A DNA stretch of 64,000 nt from Trueperaceae bacterium (GCA_965214405.1 OZ243956.1:4384001-4448000), one strand, 5' to 3'; shown: positions 8,686-18,223, numbered from the stretch's first letter. Program-made: numbers and translations. Notes: generated from the letters alone by a model not told the origin.

Positions 8686-9625
8686 GTGGCACCTCACTGA
8701 GAGGCTTTTGCCCCGCCAGCACGCGCCGCACGTCTTCAGCCACGTGCAGCGAGGCGCGGCGGTTCGATTCCTCAGTCACGCCCGCGATGTGCGGGGTGAG
8801 GATGAGGTTGTCCAAATCTTGTAATGGGTCGTTTTCGGGAGGCGGCTCTTTCACCCGCACGTCGAGCGCCGCGCCCGCGAGCCGCCCATTTCGGAGTGCG
8901 TCGGCCAGCGCCGCTTCGTCCACTAAGCCGCCCCGCGCGGTGTTGATGAGAAAAGCGGTGGGCTTCATCCGCGTCAATGCGGCGGCGTCTATCATGTTTT
9001 TCGTGCTCGGCAGGAGCGGCGCGTGGAGCGAGACGAAGTCGGCGCGTTCTAGGAGAGTTTCTAGGGGGGTCAGCTCGAGCCCGTACTCCTGCACCGCAAA
9101 AGAACTTCCGTGAACCACCGGGTCGCTCGCCAAGACGCGCATCCCCAAGGCCTCCGCCCGTTTGGCGAGGCGGCTGCCGATATCGCCCAGCCCGACAATC
9201 CCCAACGTTTTACCGTAAAGTTCCGTGCCTATCGCCGCTTGCCGGTCCCATCTTCCTTGGTGAAGTTCGGCAGACACGCGCGTGAAAGCGCGGGAAAAGG
9301 TCAGCATTACCCCCAGCACGTATTCAGCCACGCTCACCGCGTTCGTGCCGGGTGCCCAGGTCACGGTGATGTTCCGCTCCCTCAAAACGGGTAGCTCTAA
9401 ATTGTCTAACCCAACCCCAATCCGTCCCACGACTTTGAGTTTAGACGCGTTTTTAACCAGCGCCCCGTCCACCCGCGTTTGATTACGAACGACAAGCGCG
9501 TCCGCGTCGTGTAGAAGTTTCGTCAGCGCCGCCCGGTCTTCAAAAAGCCTGGGGTCGTAGTGGAGGCCCAGGGGCTCGAGCCCACCAAGCGCATCTTCAT
9601 GGATATATTCGGAAACGACAATCAT
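8675..9625 (-). CDS. D-isomer-specific 2-hydroxyacid dehydrogenase (SlcC-like sulfolactate dehydrogenase candidate)
   Basis: VVRNQTRVD, GRIGVGLDN, NAVSVAEYV, GLGDIG, INTARG, LTPHIAG; no SerA ACT domain. Confidence 0.85.
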   Translation of the reverse strand: MIVVSEYIHEDALGGLEPLGLHYDPRLFEDRAALTKLLHDADALVVRNQTRVDGALVKNASKLKVVGRIGVGLDNLELPVLRERNITVTWAPGTNAVSVAEYVLGVMLTFSRAFTRVSAELHQGRWDRQAAIGTELYGKTLGIVGLGDIGSRLAKRAEALGMRVLASDPVVHGSSFAVQEYGLELTPLETLLERADFVSLHAPLLPSTKNMIDAAALTRMKPTAFLINTARGGLVDEAALADALRNGRLAGAALDVRVKEPPPENDPLQDLDNLILTPHIAGVTEESNRRASLHVAEDVRRVLAGQKPLSEVPRGA

Positions 9626-10362
9626 ACGAGGTTCTTGAGAAGAGGCAGCGCGCGTTCGCCCCTGGCGTACGCAACCGTCGCGTCAACGAGCACGTCCGTC
9701 GAATTGATGAGCGGGCAGGGGAGGTCGTTTTCAAAGAGCACCAGCGGCACCTCCGTACAGCCCGCGATGATGGCCTCCGCGCCCCCTTGTAAAAGTTCCT
9801 CAGCAAGCTCCCGCATCGCCTCCCGCACCTCCGGTCCTTTGTCGCCCGCCTTGATGCGGTAGAGGAGCGTCATAAATTTTTCCCTCGCCGCTCCCTCGGG
9901 GACGAGGACGTTAACGCCATGCTCGTTAAAGGCGTTCTGGTAAAGCCCCGCGTCCAGGCAGCCGCTCGAGCCCAGCACCCCCACTTTTTCGACTTCCGGG
10001 AGCACCTGTACCGTCGCCCGCACCGTCTCCTCAATGATGCTCACAAAGGGTACGCCTATAGCGTCGGTGATGGCCCTCTCAAACGCGTGCGCGGCGTTGC
10101 AGACCATCACCAGAAAGTCGGCCCCGGCGCCCTCTAAACCCCGCGCCATCTCGGCCAACATGGGCGCGGGGGAGGGGCCGGTTCCGGCGACCCCCTCGTT
10201 GCGGTTGGGCACAGCGGGGTTGTTGTCAATCAGCAGGCGCAGCCCCTCCTGGTCGGTGTCGGCGCGGGTTTTGGCCAAGACCTTGGCGAAAAAGTCGAGC
10301 GTAGCTTCGGGGCCTAAACCGCCCAGAACGCCGACGGTTTTGGATTCGCTTTGAACATTCAC
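9622..10362 (-). CDS. Asp/Glu-family PLP-independent amino acid racemase
   Basis: GVLGGLGPEAT and two catalytic Cys motifs (VCNAAH, AGCTEVP). Confidence 0.9.
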   Translation of the reverse strand: MNVQSESKTVGVLGGLGPEATLDFFAKVLAKTRADTDQEGLRLLIDNNPAVPNRNEGVAGTGPSPAPMLAEMARGLEGAGADFLVMVCNAAHAFERAITDAIGVPFVSIIEETVRATVQVLPEVEKVGVLGSSGCLDAGLYQNAFNEHGVNVLVPEGAAREKFMTLLYRIKAGDKGPEVREAMRELAEELLQGGAEAIIAGCTEVPLVLFENDLPCPLINSTDVLVDATVAYARGERALPLLKNLV

Positions 10363-10375
10363 GCTTCCAGTTTAC

Positions 10376-10765
10376 TCAGTATCGCCGAATAATCATCCCC
10401 ACCGACGGCGACATCCCGAGCTTCTGGTAGAACGCTTGCAGTTCCGGATTGCATGTCAAGTCGGTAGCCGGAAGCCCCTCGAGCCTCGCCAGCATCTTTC
10501 GCACGAGCGTTGAGCCGATGCCCCGCCCTCTGTAGCCGGGCAGCACCTCCAAAAGAGGAATGAACGAGGCTTGAACCCCGTCGGTGAGTGCGGTGATAAA
10601 GCCGACGACTTTGCTAGCGTCCCCGTCCACGGCGAGCACGATATGGTCGCTTCCGTTAAGAATCTCGAGGTGACCCTCCGGCGTTTGCGGGTTGCGCCAC
10701 TCTGAGAAGAAGCCTCGCAGCATCTCGGGCGTGACACCCGCGGCGGTGTCACGGTAGTCAATCAA
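10376..10765 (-). CDS. GNAT acetyltransferase
   Basis: LEVLPGYRGRGIGSTL, FYQKLG. Confidence 0.85.
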   Translation of the reverse strand: MIDYRDTAAGVTPEMLRGFFSEWRNPQTPEGHLEILNGSDHIVLAVDGDASKVVGFITALTDGVQASFIPLLEVLPGYRGRGIGSTLVRKMLARLEGLPATDLTCNPELQAFYQKLGMSPSVGMIIRRY

Positions 10766-10777
10766 CGTACGTAGCCT

Positions 10778-11590
10778 CTAAAACTTTTCCGGCACAAAGG
10801 TCTGACTCTCCATCGGCGGGCGCTCATAATCCTCGTTCTCCTGGCGCGGCGGCAGTTCGATGGGGTCGGGGGTCAGGTCTTCATAAGGAATGGAGGAGAG
10901 GAGGTGGGAGATGCAGTTGAGCCGCGCGCGCTTTTTATTGTCGGCGTCCACCACCCACCAGGGAGCCTCGGGGATGTCGGTAAACTCAAACATCACGTCC
11001 TTGGCCTTGGAGTATTCCACCCAGCGGGCGCGCGACTCCAAGTCCATCGGGCTCAGCTTCCAACGCTTTGTCGGGTCGTCGATACGCGCCTCGAAGCGCT
11101 TTTCCTGCTCCTCATCGCTCACCGAAAACCAGTATTTGATGAGGGTGATGCCGGAGCGGACGAGCATCCTTTCGAACTCGGGGCAGGAGCGCAAGAACTC
11201 CCTATACTGCGCGTCGGTCGCAAAGCCCATCACGTGCTCCACCCCGGCGCGGTTGTACCAGCTCCGGTCAAAAAGGACCATCTCGCCCGCCGCCGGGAGT
11301 TGCGCCACGTAGCGCTGAAAGTACCACTGCGTCTTCTCGCGGTCGGTCGGCGTGCCCAGCGCCACCACCCGGACGATGCGCGGGTTCGTGCTCGAGGTAA
11401 TCCTTTTAATCACCCCGCCCTTGCCCGCCGCGTCGCGGCCCTCAAAAACGACCACGACCTTGAGACCCTGGTCCTTGATCCACTCTTGGAGCTTGACAAG
11501 CTCGAGCTGCATCCGCGCCAACTCTTTTTTGTAGACCTTCTTCTTGAGCTTCGGCTTGTCGGCGTCTTTCGCGTCTTTTGCGTGTGCCAT
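10778..11590 (-). CDS. ppk2: Polyphosphate kinase 2
   Basis: FEGRDAAGKGG, FDRSWYNRAGVE, WKLSPMD. Confidence 0.95.
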   Translation of the reverse strand: MAHAKDAKDADKPKLKKKVYKKELARMQLELVKLQEWIKDQGLKVVVVFEGRDAAGKGGVIKRITSSTNPRIVRVVALGTPTDREKTQWYFQRYVAQLPAAGEMVLFDRSWYNRAGVEHVMGFATDAQYREFLRSCPEFERMLVRSGITLIKYWFSVSDEEQEKRFEARIDDPTKRWKLSPMDLESRARWVEYSKAKDVMFEFTDIPEAPWWVVDADNKKRARLNCISHLLSSIPYEDLTPDPIELPPRQENEDYERPPMESQTFVPEKF

Positions 11591-11648
11591 CGTCTCTCCC
11601 TAAGGTGCGTGACAAAGTGTCAAGTTGTGCGAGCGTCCTTAGTTTACC

Positions 11649-12020
11649 TTATGGGCGGGCTCGAGTATCCTCTAAACCGAAGTCAACCAGGTGGGCCAGT
11701 TCAGTCACGCCAAGCGGGACGGTCGACGTCATCAGCCATTCCTCGGTCTCGATATAGAGAGGGTTGAGGTGCTCACGCCGGTGCTGCTGCGCCTCCGCCG
11801 AATCCGGGTCAAGGCGAACTTTTTCCTGAACTTTTTCGTACGCCTCTACACTTTCGTATACCCACAGCGCCAAAAGATGCTCCCCGTCTTCGCTTTGCCA
11901 GCGGCCTACCAGCCGCGCGCCGTAGCGCTGCTGAACGGGGAGGAGGCGCGTTCTGAAAAACTCGTTAAAGGCTTCTCTCTTGTCCGGCGCAACCCGGTAT
12001 TGACGACATCTAAAAATCAT
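11649..12020 (-). CDS. NIPSNAP-family protein
   Basis: RQYRVAPDK...QQRYGARLVGRW...LWVYES pattern. Confidence 0.75.
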   Translation of the reverse strand: MIFRCRQYRVAPDKREAFNEFFRTRLLPVQQRYGARLVGRWQSEDGEHLLALWVYESVEAYEKVQEKVRLDPDSAEAQQHRREHLNPLYIETEEWLMTSTVPLGVTELAHLVDFGLEDTRARP

Positions 12021-12022
12021 GG

Positions 12023-13021
12023 CTAGTCCAGCACTGTATCCTGATACGCGTAAAGCGCGGGCGCGCCGCCTGTGTGGATGAACAGAACGTTCTCACCCTC
12101 GCTGAAGTGCCCTTTACGTACCAGGTCGATAAGTCCCGCCGCCGTTTTACCCGTGTAAACGGGGTCTAGGAGAATGCCCTCGAGCCGCGCAAACAGCCGC
12201 ACCGCCTCCACCATGCTCTCAGTTGGGAGAGAATACCCCTCGCCCACGTAATCGTCCAGCACCGTAAACGCCTCACGCGGGACGCCGCCGCGAATGCCCA
12301 AAAGGTCCGCCGTTTCGTTGGCGAGTTTGTGCAGTTTCTCCTCTTGCGGTTCGCGCTTGGCCCGCACGCTAATGCCCGTGACGGGCAGCCCGCTGTTGGT
12401 GCCTGTGAAGCCCGTGACCAGCCCCGCGTGGGTGCCGCCGGAGCCGCTCGAGGCCACCACGTGCTCTAACCGTAAGCCCATCTCAAATGTTTGTTGCAAT
12501 ATCTCTTCCGCGCACGACACGTAACCGAGCGCGCCCAGCGCGTTCGAGCCGCCGCCGGGGATAATGTAGCCCTTACGCCCCTCACCCGCCAGCACCTCCG
12601 CCTCCGCCTGCATCGCGCCCATCAGGTCGGTGCCGCCTTTGACGACGGTGACTTTTTCGGCGCCCAAGAGCTTGAACAAAAAGTTGTTGCCGCTGGCGTT
12701 CGGGTCATACGAGTCAGGCACGCGCTCCTCCAAGACCAGCCTGCACTTGAGGCCCTCTTTAACCGCGGCGGCTAACGTCAAGCGGCAGTGGTTCGACTGC
12801 ACCGCGCCCGTGGTGATGAGCGTGTCCGCCCCCTTTTGGAGCGCGTCGGCGACGAGGAACTCGAGCTTACGCGTCTTGTTCCCCCCTGCCGTTAAGCCCA
12901 GCAGGTCGTCACGTTTGATAAAAAGGTTGGGGCCGCCCAGGTGTCTGGACAGGTGCTCGAGCGGTTCAATGGGCGTAAAGCCGTGGGTGTAGCGGCGGCG
13001 CGGAAAGCGGGCTAGGTGCAT
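12023..13021 (-). CDS. PLP-dependent D-cysteine desulfhydrase / cysteate sulfo-lyase (CuyA-like) family
   Basis: KRDDLLGLTAGGNKTRKLEF, QSNH, LDPVYTGK, IHTGG; N-terminus MHLARFPRR. Confidence 0.9.
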   Translation of the reverse strand: MHLARFPRRRYTHGFTPIEPLEHLSRHLGGPNLFIKRDDLLGLTAGGNKTRKLEFLVADALQKGADTLITTGAVQSNHCRLTLAAAVKEGLKCRLVLEERVPDSYDPNASGNNFLFKLLGAEKVTVVKGGTDLMGAMQAEAEVLAGEGRKGYIIPGGGSNALGALGYVSCAEEILQQTFEMGLRLEHVVASSGSGGTHAGLVTGFTGTNSGLPVTGISVRAKREPQEEKLHKLANETADLLGIRGGVPREAFTVLDDYVGEGYSLPTESMVEAVRLFARLEGILLDPVYTGKTAAGLIDLVRKGHFSEGENVLFIHTGGAPALYAYQDTVLD

Positions 13022-13107
13022 AAATCATCTCCTGGTCAAAGGGTTTTGTCACCTCCCTTTCTACCAGTGACGCGCATTCCGGTCAACGCTTACGGGATAA
13101 AGACAGG

Positions 13108-13138
13108 TCCCCCTTAACAAGGGGGATTTAGGGGGATC
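13108..13138. repeat. REP-like palindromic element
   Basis: TCCCCCTT-AAC-AAGGGGGA followed by TTTAGGGGGATC in an intergenic gap. Confidence 0.5.
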
Positions 13139-13161
13139 TACACACCGAGGCGCAAGGGAGT

Positions 13162-13599
13162 CTAGGCTGAAGCGGGCTCCGGCCATAAGTCGCGTAATTC
13201 CAGATTGAGCATCTCGCGCGTTTGCGTCACCTGACCCTGAGTCATCTTTTCGTTGACGGTCTCAAAAACGGCCCTGACGAGCGTTTCCATGTCCGCGTCT
13301 TTCTCGTGGTACCTCTTTTCGACGTGGGCCAAAAAATCTTCTTTGGTGCGGTCTTTGACGGGGTTGTGGCTCGAGTTCCAGCCTTCAAAGTAGAAGCCGC
13401 GCACGAGCATCGGGAGCTGCGCGCCGAACTCGACCGCGTTTTCGACGAGCATCCGGTCGCGCAGCGTCTGGAGCGTGGCGCGGAGCGCGTGGTAGGCGAG
13501 CCTTTTATCGTCCTGGCCCAACTTTTCCGCGACGCTGTTGAGCCATTCGTTGGTCTGCTGAACCGTGGTGTCGAAAACGTCGAGTCCGGTGGTGCTCAT
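13162..13599 (-). CDS. DUF2267 family protein
   Basis: MSTTGLDVFDTTVQQTNEWL...AYHALRATLQTLRDR...AQLPMLVRGFYFEGW. Confidence 0.9.
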   Translation of the reverse strand: MSTTGLDVFDTTVQQTNEWLNSVAEKLGQDDKRLAYHALRATLQTLRDRMLVENAVEFGAQLPMLVRGFYFEGWNSSHNPVKDRTKEDFLAHVEKRYHEKDADMETLVRAVFETVNEKMTQGQVTQTREMLNLELRDLWPEPASA

Positions 13600-13774
13600 G
13601 ATGTCTCCCTTGAGTTTAGATGCCGGTGTTTTGGATGATTGATCAAAGTTCCTGGGCGTTTCTTATAGACAGTTGTAACAGGAGAGGCTCATACGCAACG
13701 TGAGCGGACGCGGGTTTCTCAGCCTTGAATGCCTGTAACGTGACTCTTCAAACGAGAAAGGTATACTCACCAGA

Positions 13775-14173
13775 GTGAACGACGAAAAGGACTCACAACA
13801 AACCCATAGCGCTCGTGACATCGTGTTGGAGCTTTTCCCGGCCACCCACGAGCGGCTGGTGCCCAAGGCGGAGGAGTACAAGCTCGAGACGCGTAGCGAG
13901 GGCGTCCTGGTCATCCGGCACCTGCCCACCGAACGCGAACTGGTGCTCGTACCCATCGCGCCCGCGGGGAACGCGAGCACGCAAGTGTGCTGCGACCTGT
14001 GCAGCCGCAACGCGCCGCGTCACTACATGCAAACCGCCCGCGTGGCGCTACCCGGCTCTAACGGGCGGCGCTTTCGCTACCTCTCGCTCTGCCGCGACAC
14101 CGACGCCTGCGCCGCGCGCCGTTTAGGTGACGAGACCTTGGCGGAAGTGTTGGCAAGCGCGTTTGAAAGTTAG
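13775..14173 (+). CDS. FBP_C (FusB C-terminal-like) treble-clef zinc-finger protein
   Basis: CCDLC...SLCRDTDAC; TATACT 7 nt before GTG. Confidence 0.7.
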   Translation: MNDEKDSQQTHSARDIVLELFPATHERLVPKAEEYKLETRSEGVLVIRHLPTERELVLVPIAPAGNASTQVCCDLCSRNAPRHYMQTARVALPGSNGRRFRYLSLCRDTDACAARRLGDETLAEVLASAFES

Positions 14174-14226
14174 CGCTTGTTGCCCCTCCACGCCCCTTTC
14201 TCCTGCTTTGTAAGTGAGGGTCTGAG

Positions 14227-14979
14227 ATGCCCGATATAAAAGGCGTGGCCGTCGTAACTGGCGGCGGGCAGGGCATCGGGCGGGCTGTCGTCAGGGAGCT
14301 TTTGACGTGCGGGGCCAAGGTTGTCCTCGCTGATGTAGACGCCGAGGCGGGCCGGGAAACCGCCGCCGAGTACCGCGAGCTTGGCGAGGTGCGTTTTGTC
14401 CAGGCGGACGTGTCGCAAGAGGACGAGGTGAGGCGGCTCGTAGGGGAGGCGCTTGCAGTGTTTGGCGGCCTCAGCTTTCTCGTCAATAACGCGGGCATAT
14501 CGGCCAATAAACCCGTTACCGACCTCACCTTGAAAGAGTGGGATTCTGTACTCGGCGTGAACCTGACGGGCGCGTTTCTTCTCTCTAAACATGCAGCGCC
14601 GCATCTCAAAAGGGCGGGGGGCGCGGTCGTCAACATCGCCTCGACGCGGGCGCTTATGTCCGAAAGGGACACGGAAGCCTATTCGGCCTCCAAGGGTGGT
14701 CTGGTCGCCCTGACACACGCGCTGGCGGTCAGTTTAGGCCCCGAGGTGCGCGTCAACGCGGTGAGCCCCGGCTGGATCGAGGTGGGAAGGTGGCGAAAGG
14801 CGTCCGCGCGGCGCACCCCCGAGCATTCCGAGGAGGACCGCGCGCAGCACCCTGTGGGCCGCGTTGGCGTGCCCGAAGACGTGGCGGCGATGGTCGCGTA
14901 CTTGCTCTCCGCAGGCTTTGTCACCGGGCAGAACTTTGTCCTGGACGGCGGTATGACGCGGAAGATGATCTATCGCTAA
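14227..14979 (+). CDS. SDR oxidoreductase
   Basis: TGGGQGIG, NNAG, YSASK, NAVSPG. Confidence 0.9.
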   Translation: MPDIKGVAVVTGGGQGIGRAVVRELLTCGAKVVLADVDAEAGRETAAEYRELGEVRFVQADVSQEDEVRRLVGEALAVFGGLSFLVNNAGISANKPVTDLTLKEWDSVLGVNLTGAFLLSKHAAPHLKRAGGAVVNIASTRALMSERDTEAYSASKGGLVALTHALAVSLGPEVRVNAVSPGWIEVGRWRKASARRTPEHSEEDRAQHPVGRVGVPEDVAAMVAYLLSAGFVTGQNFVLDGGMTRKMIYR

Positions 14980-15088
14980 GCCCCGGCCATGTACGCTGCT
15001 CTAAGTCCCCAGAGAAAAGCGCCCCAACCCGCACGCGCCGCATCCAAAAATAAGACTTTTGTGAGAGGGCGCGCGCTACCCTGGCGCT

Positions 15089-15346
15089 ATGAATATCTTA
15101 GACGGTGCCGTGATGCAAGAGGATTGGGGTGCGCTTTCAGCCTTCGAGCTCGAGGCGCTCATCGCGTGTTGCGAGGGTGCCATCTTTATGGGCGTCTCAA
15201 CGCACCAGGACATCATCACCCTCGTTGACGCCGAGGCCGAACTGCAGCGGCGCGAGCGGGAGGCGTTCAGGCACTCTCTACGAACCGAGAGGCAGCTCAA
15301 AGTGTCGGGGACGGGAACCGGCGACAACGGCGTGCTCGCCCCTTAG
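15089..15346 (+). CDS. Hypothetical protein
   Basis: 85-aa ORF with plausible composition; TACCCT 6 nt before ATG. Confidence 0.5.
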   Translation: MNILDGAVMQEDWGALSAFELEALIACCEGAIFMGVSTHQDIITLVDAEAELQRREREAFRHSLRTERQLKVSGTGTGDNGVLAP

Positions 15347-15585
15347 CGGGCAATACGCTGGTTTGAGGGTGCGGAATCGTGCGAAAAGCCGCCCTCACGA
15401 CATTCACTATATAGAGTCTCGTCACAAAGCCTCGTCCGGCACGCGTGTCAGGTGACGAGACCAGCGTCCATTTGTCTCAGCAGGTCGTGGGGCCAAGGCG
15501 TCAAGGCGTTCACAATCTTTGCGGGCGTCAACAAGCCTTAAAATCGTCCTAACCCGCTCGAGCCCTGGCGCGACAGACATCATGC

Positions 15586-15630
15586 ACCAGAATGCTGTGA
15601 ACCAAAACGCTGTAAACCAGAACGCTATAA
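15586..15630 (+). repeat. Degenerate 15-bp tandem repeat x3 at a promoter
   Basis: ACCAGAATGCTGTGA / ACCAAAACGCTGTAA / ACCAGAACGCTATAA; the last unit runs into TAAACT, 5 nt before ATG 15639. Confidence 0.7.
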
Positions 15631-15638
15631 ACTAGGTC

Positions 15639-16301
15639 ATGCCACTCAAAGACAACTTTTTAACCCGCGCGGTCGAGCAGATGGCGAAGACCGTTGTGAC
15701 CGTCACGACCCTCAAAGAAAGAGCGCAGTTTGACGAGGCCCTGAGTGAGGTGAACCGCGCCTACCGCGCGAACACAGGCTCGGGGCGCGAGATTATCCAC
15801 CTGTTGCCGAGCGAACAGCTCATCGACCTGCTGGGCTCGTCGGGCGTGGTGGACGCCGAAAAGTGTCTGCTCATCGCCGAACTCTTGCGGGTCGAGACGG
15901 AAGTGTTAGAGGCTCGAGACGGCGAGGCCCCGCCCGCGCTGCCCCTCAAGTCGCTCGATTTGCTGCTCGAGGCCCTCCTGGCCGAAGACACGCTCCTACC
16001 CGACTACGCGGCGCGGGTTGAGTTTTTGGAAAAAGCCTTGGAAGATTACAGCCTGCCCCCCGGCACCGAGCGCCGTTTGTTCGAGTTTTACGCCCTACAA
16101 GGCGCCTACGCCGAGGCCGAGGACTGGCTTTTCAGGCTGCTCGAGGGCTCAGGTTCCGACCCCGAACTGCTCGCGCGGGGCCGCCGCTTTTACGGCGCGC
16201 TCCTCGCGCAGTCTGACGAACTTTTAGAACGGGGTGGTCTACCCCGTGACGAGGTCGAGGAGGGGCTGGCGGCGCTCGAGGGGAGAGACGCGCCCGTTTG
16301 A
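15639..16301 (+). CDS. DUF6483-like protein
   Basis: DNFLTRAVEQMAK N-terminus; YAEAEDWLF...FYGALL...LERGGLPRDEVEEG C-terminus. Confidence 0.7.
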   Translation: MPLKDNFLTRAVEQMAKTVVTVTTLKERAQFDEALSEVNRAYRANTGSGREIIHLLPSEQLIDLLGSSGVVDAEKCLLIAELLRVETEVLEARDGEAPPALPLKSLDLLLEALLAEDTLLPDYAARVEFLEKALEDYSLPPGTERRLFEFYALQGAYAEAEDWLFRLLEGSGSDPELLARGRRFYGALLAQSDELLERGGLPRDEVEEGLAALEGRDAPV

Positions 16302-16345
16302 ACGCTTGAAGCTCTCCATGCCTGCTCGAGCGTTACACTGGGAGC

Positions 16346-17521
16346 ATGAATCATAACCGCTGGGCCTCCAACCGGGTGCGCGCGATGCCCGAGAGCGTTT
16401 TCAATGTGATGGACCGGGCCAAGCGGGCAGCCGCGGCCAAGGGGCTTTCCCTCATCGACTTGTCCATAGGCTCGTCGGACCTGCTGCCGCCGCAAGTGGC
16501 GTTGGAGGCCCTGCGCGAAGCCACGCACGACCCCGCGACCTACGGCTACTGTCTGCCCTCGCGCACCCTGCCGTTACGCGAGGCGGTGTCACAGTGGTTC
16601 GCGCGGCGCTACAGCCTCCCGCTCGAGCCCGAGACGCAGGTGCTGCCGCTCATTGGCTCTCAAGAAGGCTTCGCCAACCTTCTCTTGGCCGTGACCGACC
16701 CCGGCGACCTCGTCTTGGCACCCGACCCCGGTTACCCGTCCTATTACGGGGCGATTGCGTTGGCGGGGCTCGAGCTCGCCACCATGCCGCTCTTGGCAGA
16801 AAACGACTTTTTGCCCGACCTGAACGTTATTCCCGGGGCAACGGCGGCTCGAGCAGAAGTGATGGTGCTCTCCTACCCGAACAATCCCACCGCGGCGGCG
16901 GCCTCGGACGACTTTTTTCAGGAGGCGGTGGACTGGTGTCTGGCGCACCACGTCCTGCTCGTCCATGATTTTCCTTATGTCGATACCGTCTACGGTGGCT
17001 ACCGCGCGCCCTCGGTGCTGACGCAGCGGGGCGCTCTGGACACGGCGATTGAACTCTACAGTTGTTCGAAAAGCTTTCACATGGGCGGCTTTCGGATGGG
17101 CTGGGCGGCGGGCAACGCCGACGCGGTGGCGGCGCTTGCGCAAGCCAAGAGCGCCATCGACTTCAACCAGTACCTCGGGATGCAGCGGGCGGCCGTCGCC
17201 GCTCTGGACGCGGGCGAGGCGGCGCTGCGGGAGGCGGCGCGCACCTTTGGGGCGCGCCGCGACGCGCTGGTGGGGGCACTGAACGCCGCGGGCCTGCCCA
17301 CGCCTCTCCCCAAGGCCAGCATGTACGTCTGGACGCGCTTGCCCGCGGGACTGGACGACTCTTTCAAGTTCGCGGTATCACTCGCGGAGGAAACGGGCGT
17401 CCTTCTCGCGCCGGGCCGCGCTTTTGGCGAGGAGGGCGAGGGCTACGTGCGTTTCGCCCTCGTGCAGCCGCCTGGCAGGTTGCGGGAGGCCGTGGCGCGG
17501 TTGCGGGCGTTTTTGGATTGA
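16346..17521 (+). CDS. Class I/II PLP aminotransferase (DapL/AlaC-like)
   Basis: GSQEG, YPNNPT, HDFPY, SCSKSFHMGGFRMG. Confidence 0.9.
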   Translation: MNHNRWASNRVRAMPESVFNVMDRAKRAAAAKGLSLIDLSIGSSDLLPPQVALEALREATHDPATYGYCLPSRTLPLREAVSQWFARRYSLPLEPETQVLPLIGSQEGFANLLLAVTDPGDLVLAPDPGYPSYYGAIALAGLELATMPLLAENDFLPDLNVIPGATAARAEVMVLSYPNNPTAAAASDDFFQEAVDWCLAHHVLLVHDFPYVDTVYGGYRAPSVLTQRGALDTAIELYSCSKSFHMGGFRMGWAAGNADAVAALAQAKSAIDFNQYLGMQRAAVAALDAGEAALREAARTFGARRDALVGALNAAGLPTPLPKASMYVWTRLPAGLDDSFKFAVSLAEETGVLLAPGRAFGEEGEGYVRFALVQPPGRLREAVARLRAFLD

Positions 17522-17527
17522 GAGAGC

Positions 17528-18223
17528 TTAGCGTGGCGGGTCGGAGGGTTCATCTTCTTCGGGCGTGTTGTGGAGGGTGGCGGCAGTGCTTGTACCGTCG
17601 GTCGCTGAGGGAACCTCTGAGACAACAGTTGGGGAAACCCTCGAGGACACGGAACGCAGCGGGCGTGGGTTCGAAAAGCGCCTCCGCTTCTCTCGCTGCG
17701 AGCGCCGCACCTCCAAAAAGCCTTGCAAGTTGATAACGAAGTGCGCGAGCATTGCCGCCCACAAGCTCCCTGTATAAAGTGTGGCGTAACCAAAGGCGAG
17801 ACCGGCGATAAAAGTGTAAACCGTGTAGCTCCAGCCCTTGAGCGGCGCGGGGTGCAAGAGGCCGAACACAAGCGCCTGACCCCACACGCCGACGAGCGGC
17901 AGGAGCGCGCCGCGGAAGAAGAGTTCTTCCGACAGAGCCGTCGCCGCGGCGAGGGAGAAAGCGAGAGGCAAAGAGATTGGAAAGGTGGCGAGCGCGCATT
18001 CTAAAAGCTTACCGGCAAAACGGAACGAGGGGAGAAACTTTTCGAGAAGCCACGCCCCACCCAAAAGACCAACTATCAGCGCGGCGGCGACGAGAAGAAC
18101 CGTGAGGGGTCCCGCGTCGGCCTCTAAGCGCAGCGGTCTGAAAAAGAGCCACGACGCACCCAAGAGACCAAACAGCAGGCTAGGCGCGAAGACTAAGTAG
18201 CGGGCTGCTTTTTTCCTGAGCAC
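17528..18223 (-). CDS. CPBP (CAAX/Abi) intramembrane metalloprotease
   Basis: SEELFFRG, FGLLH, AHFVIN. Confidence 0.9.
   Translation of the reverse strand: MLRKKAARYLVFAPSLLFGLLGASWLFFRPLRLEADAGPLTVLLVAAALIVGLLGGAWLLEKFLPSFRFAGKLLECALATFPISLPLAFSLAAATALSEELFFRGALLPLVGVWGQALVFGLLHPAPLKGWSYTVYTFIAGLAFGYATLYTGSLWAAMLAHFVINLQGFLEVRRSQREKRRRFSNPRPLRSVSSRVSPTVVSEVPSATDGTSTAATLHNTPEEDEPSDPPR

Noticed and set aside
15400..15470. c-di-GMP-I riboswitch
   Set aside because: Only a loose CAAAGCCTC resemblance; the GGCAAACC/GNRA P2 architecture is missing.
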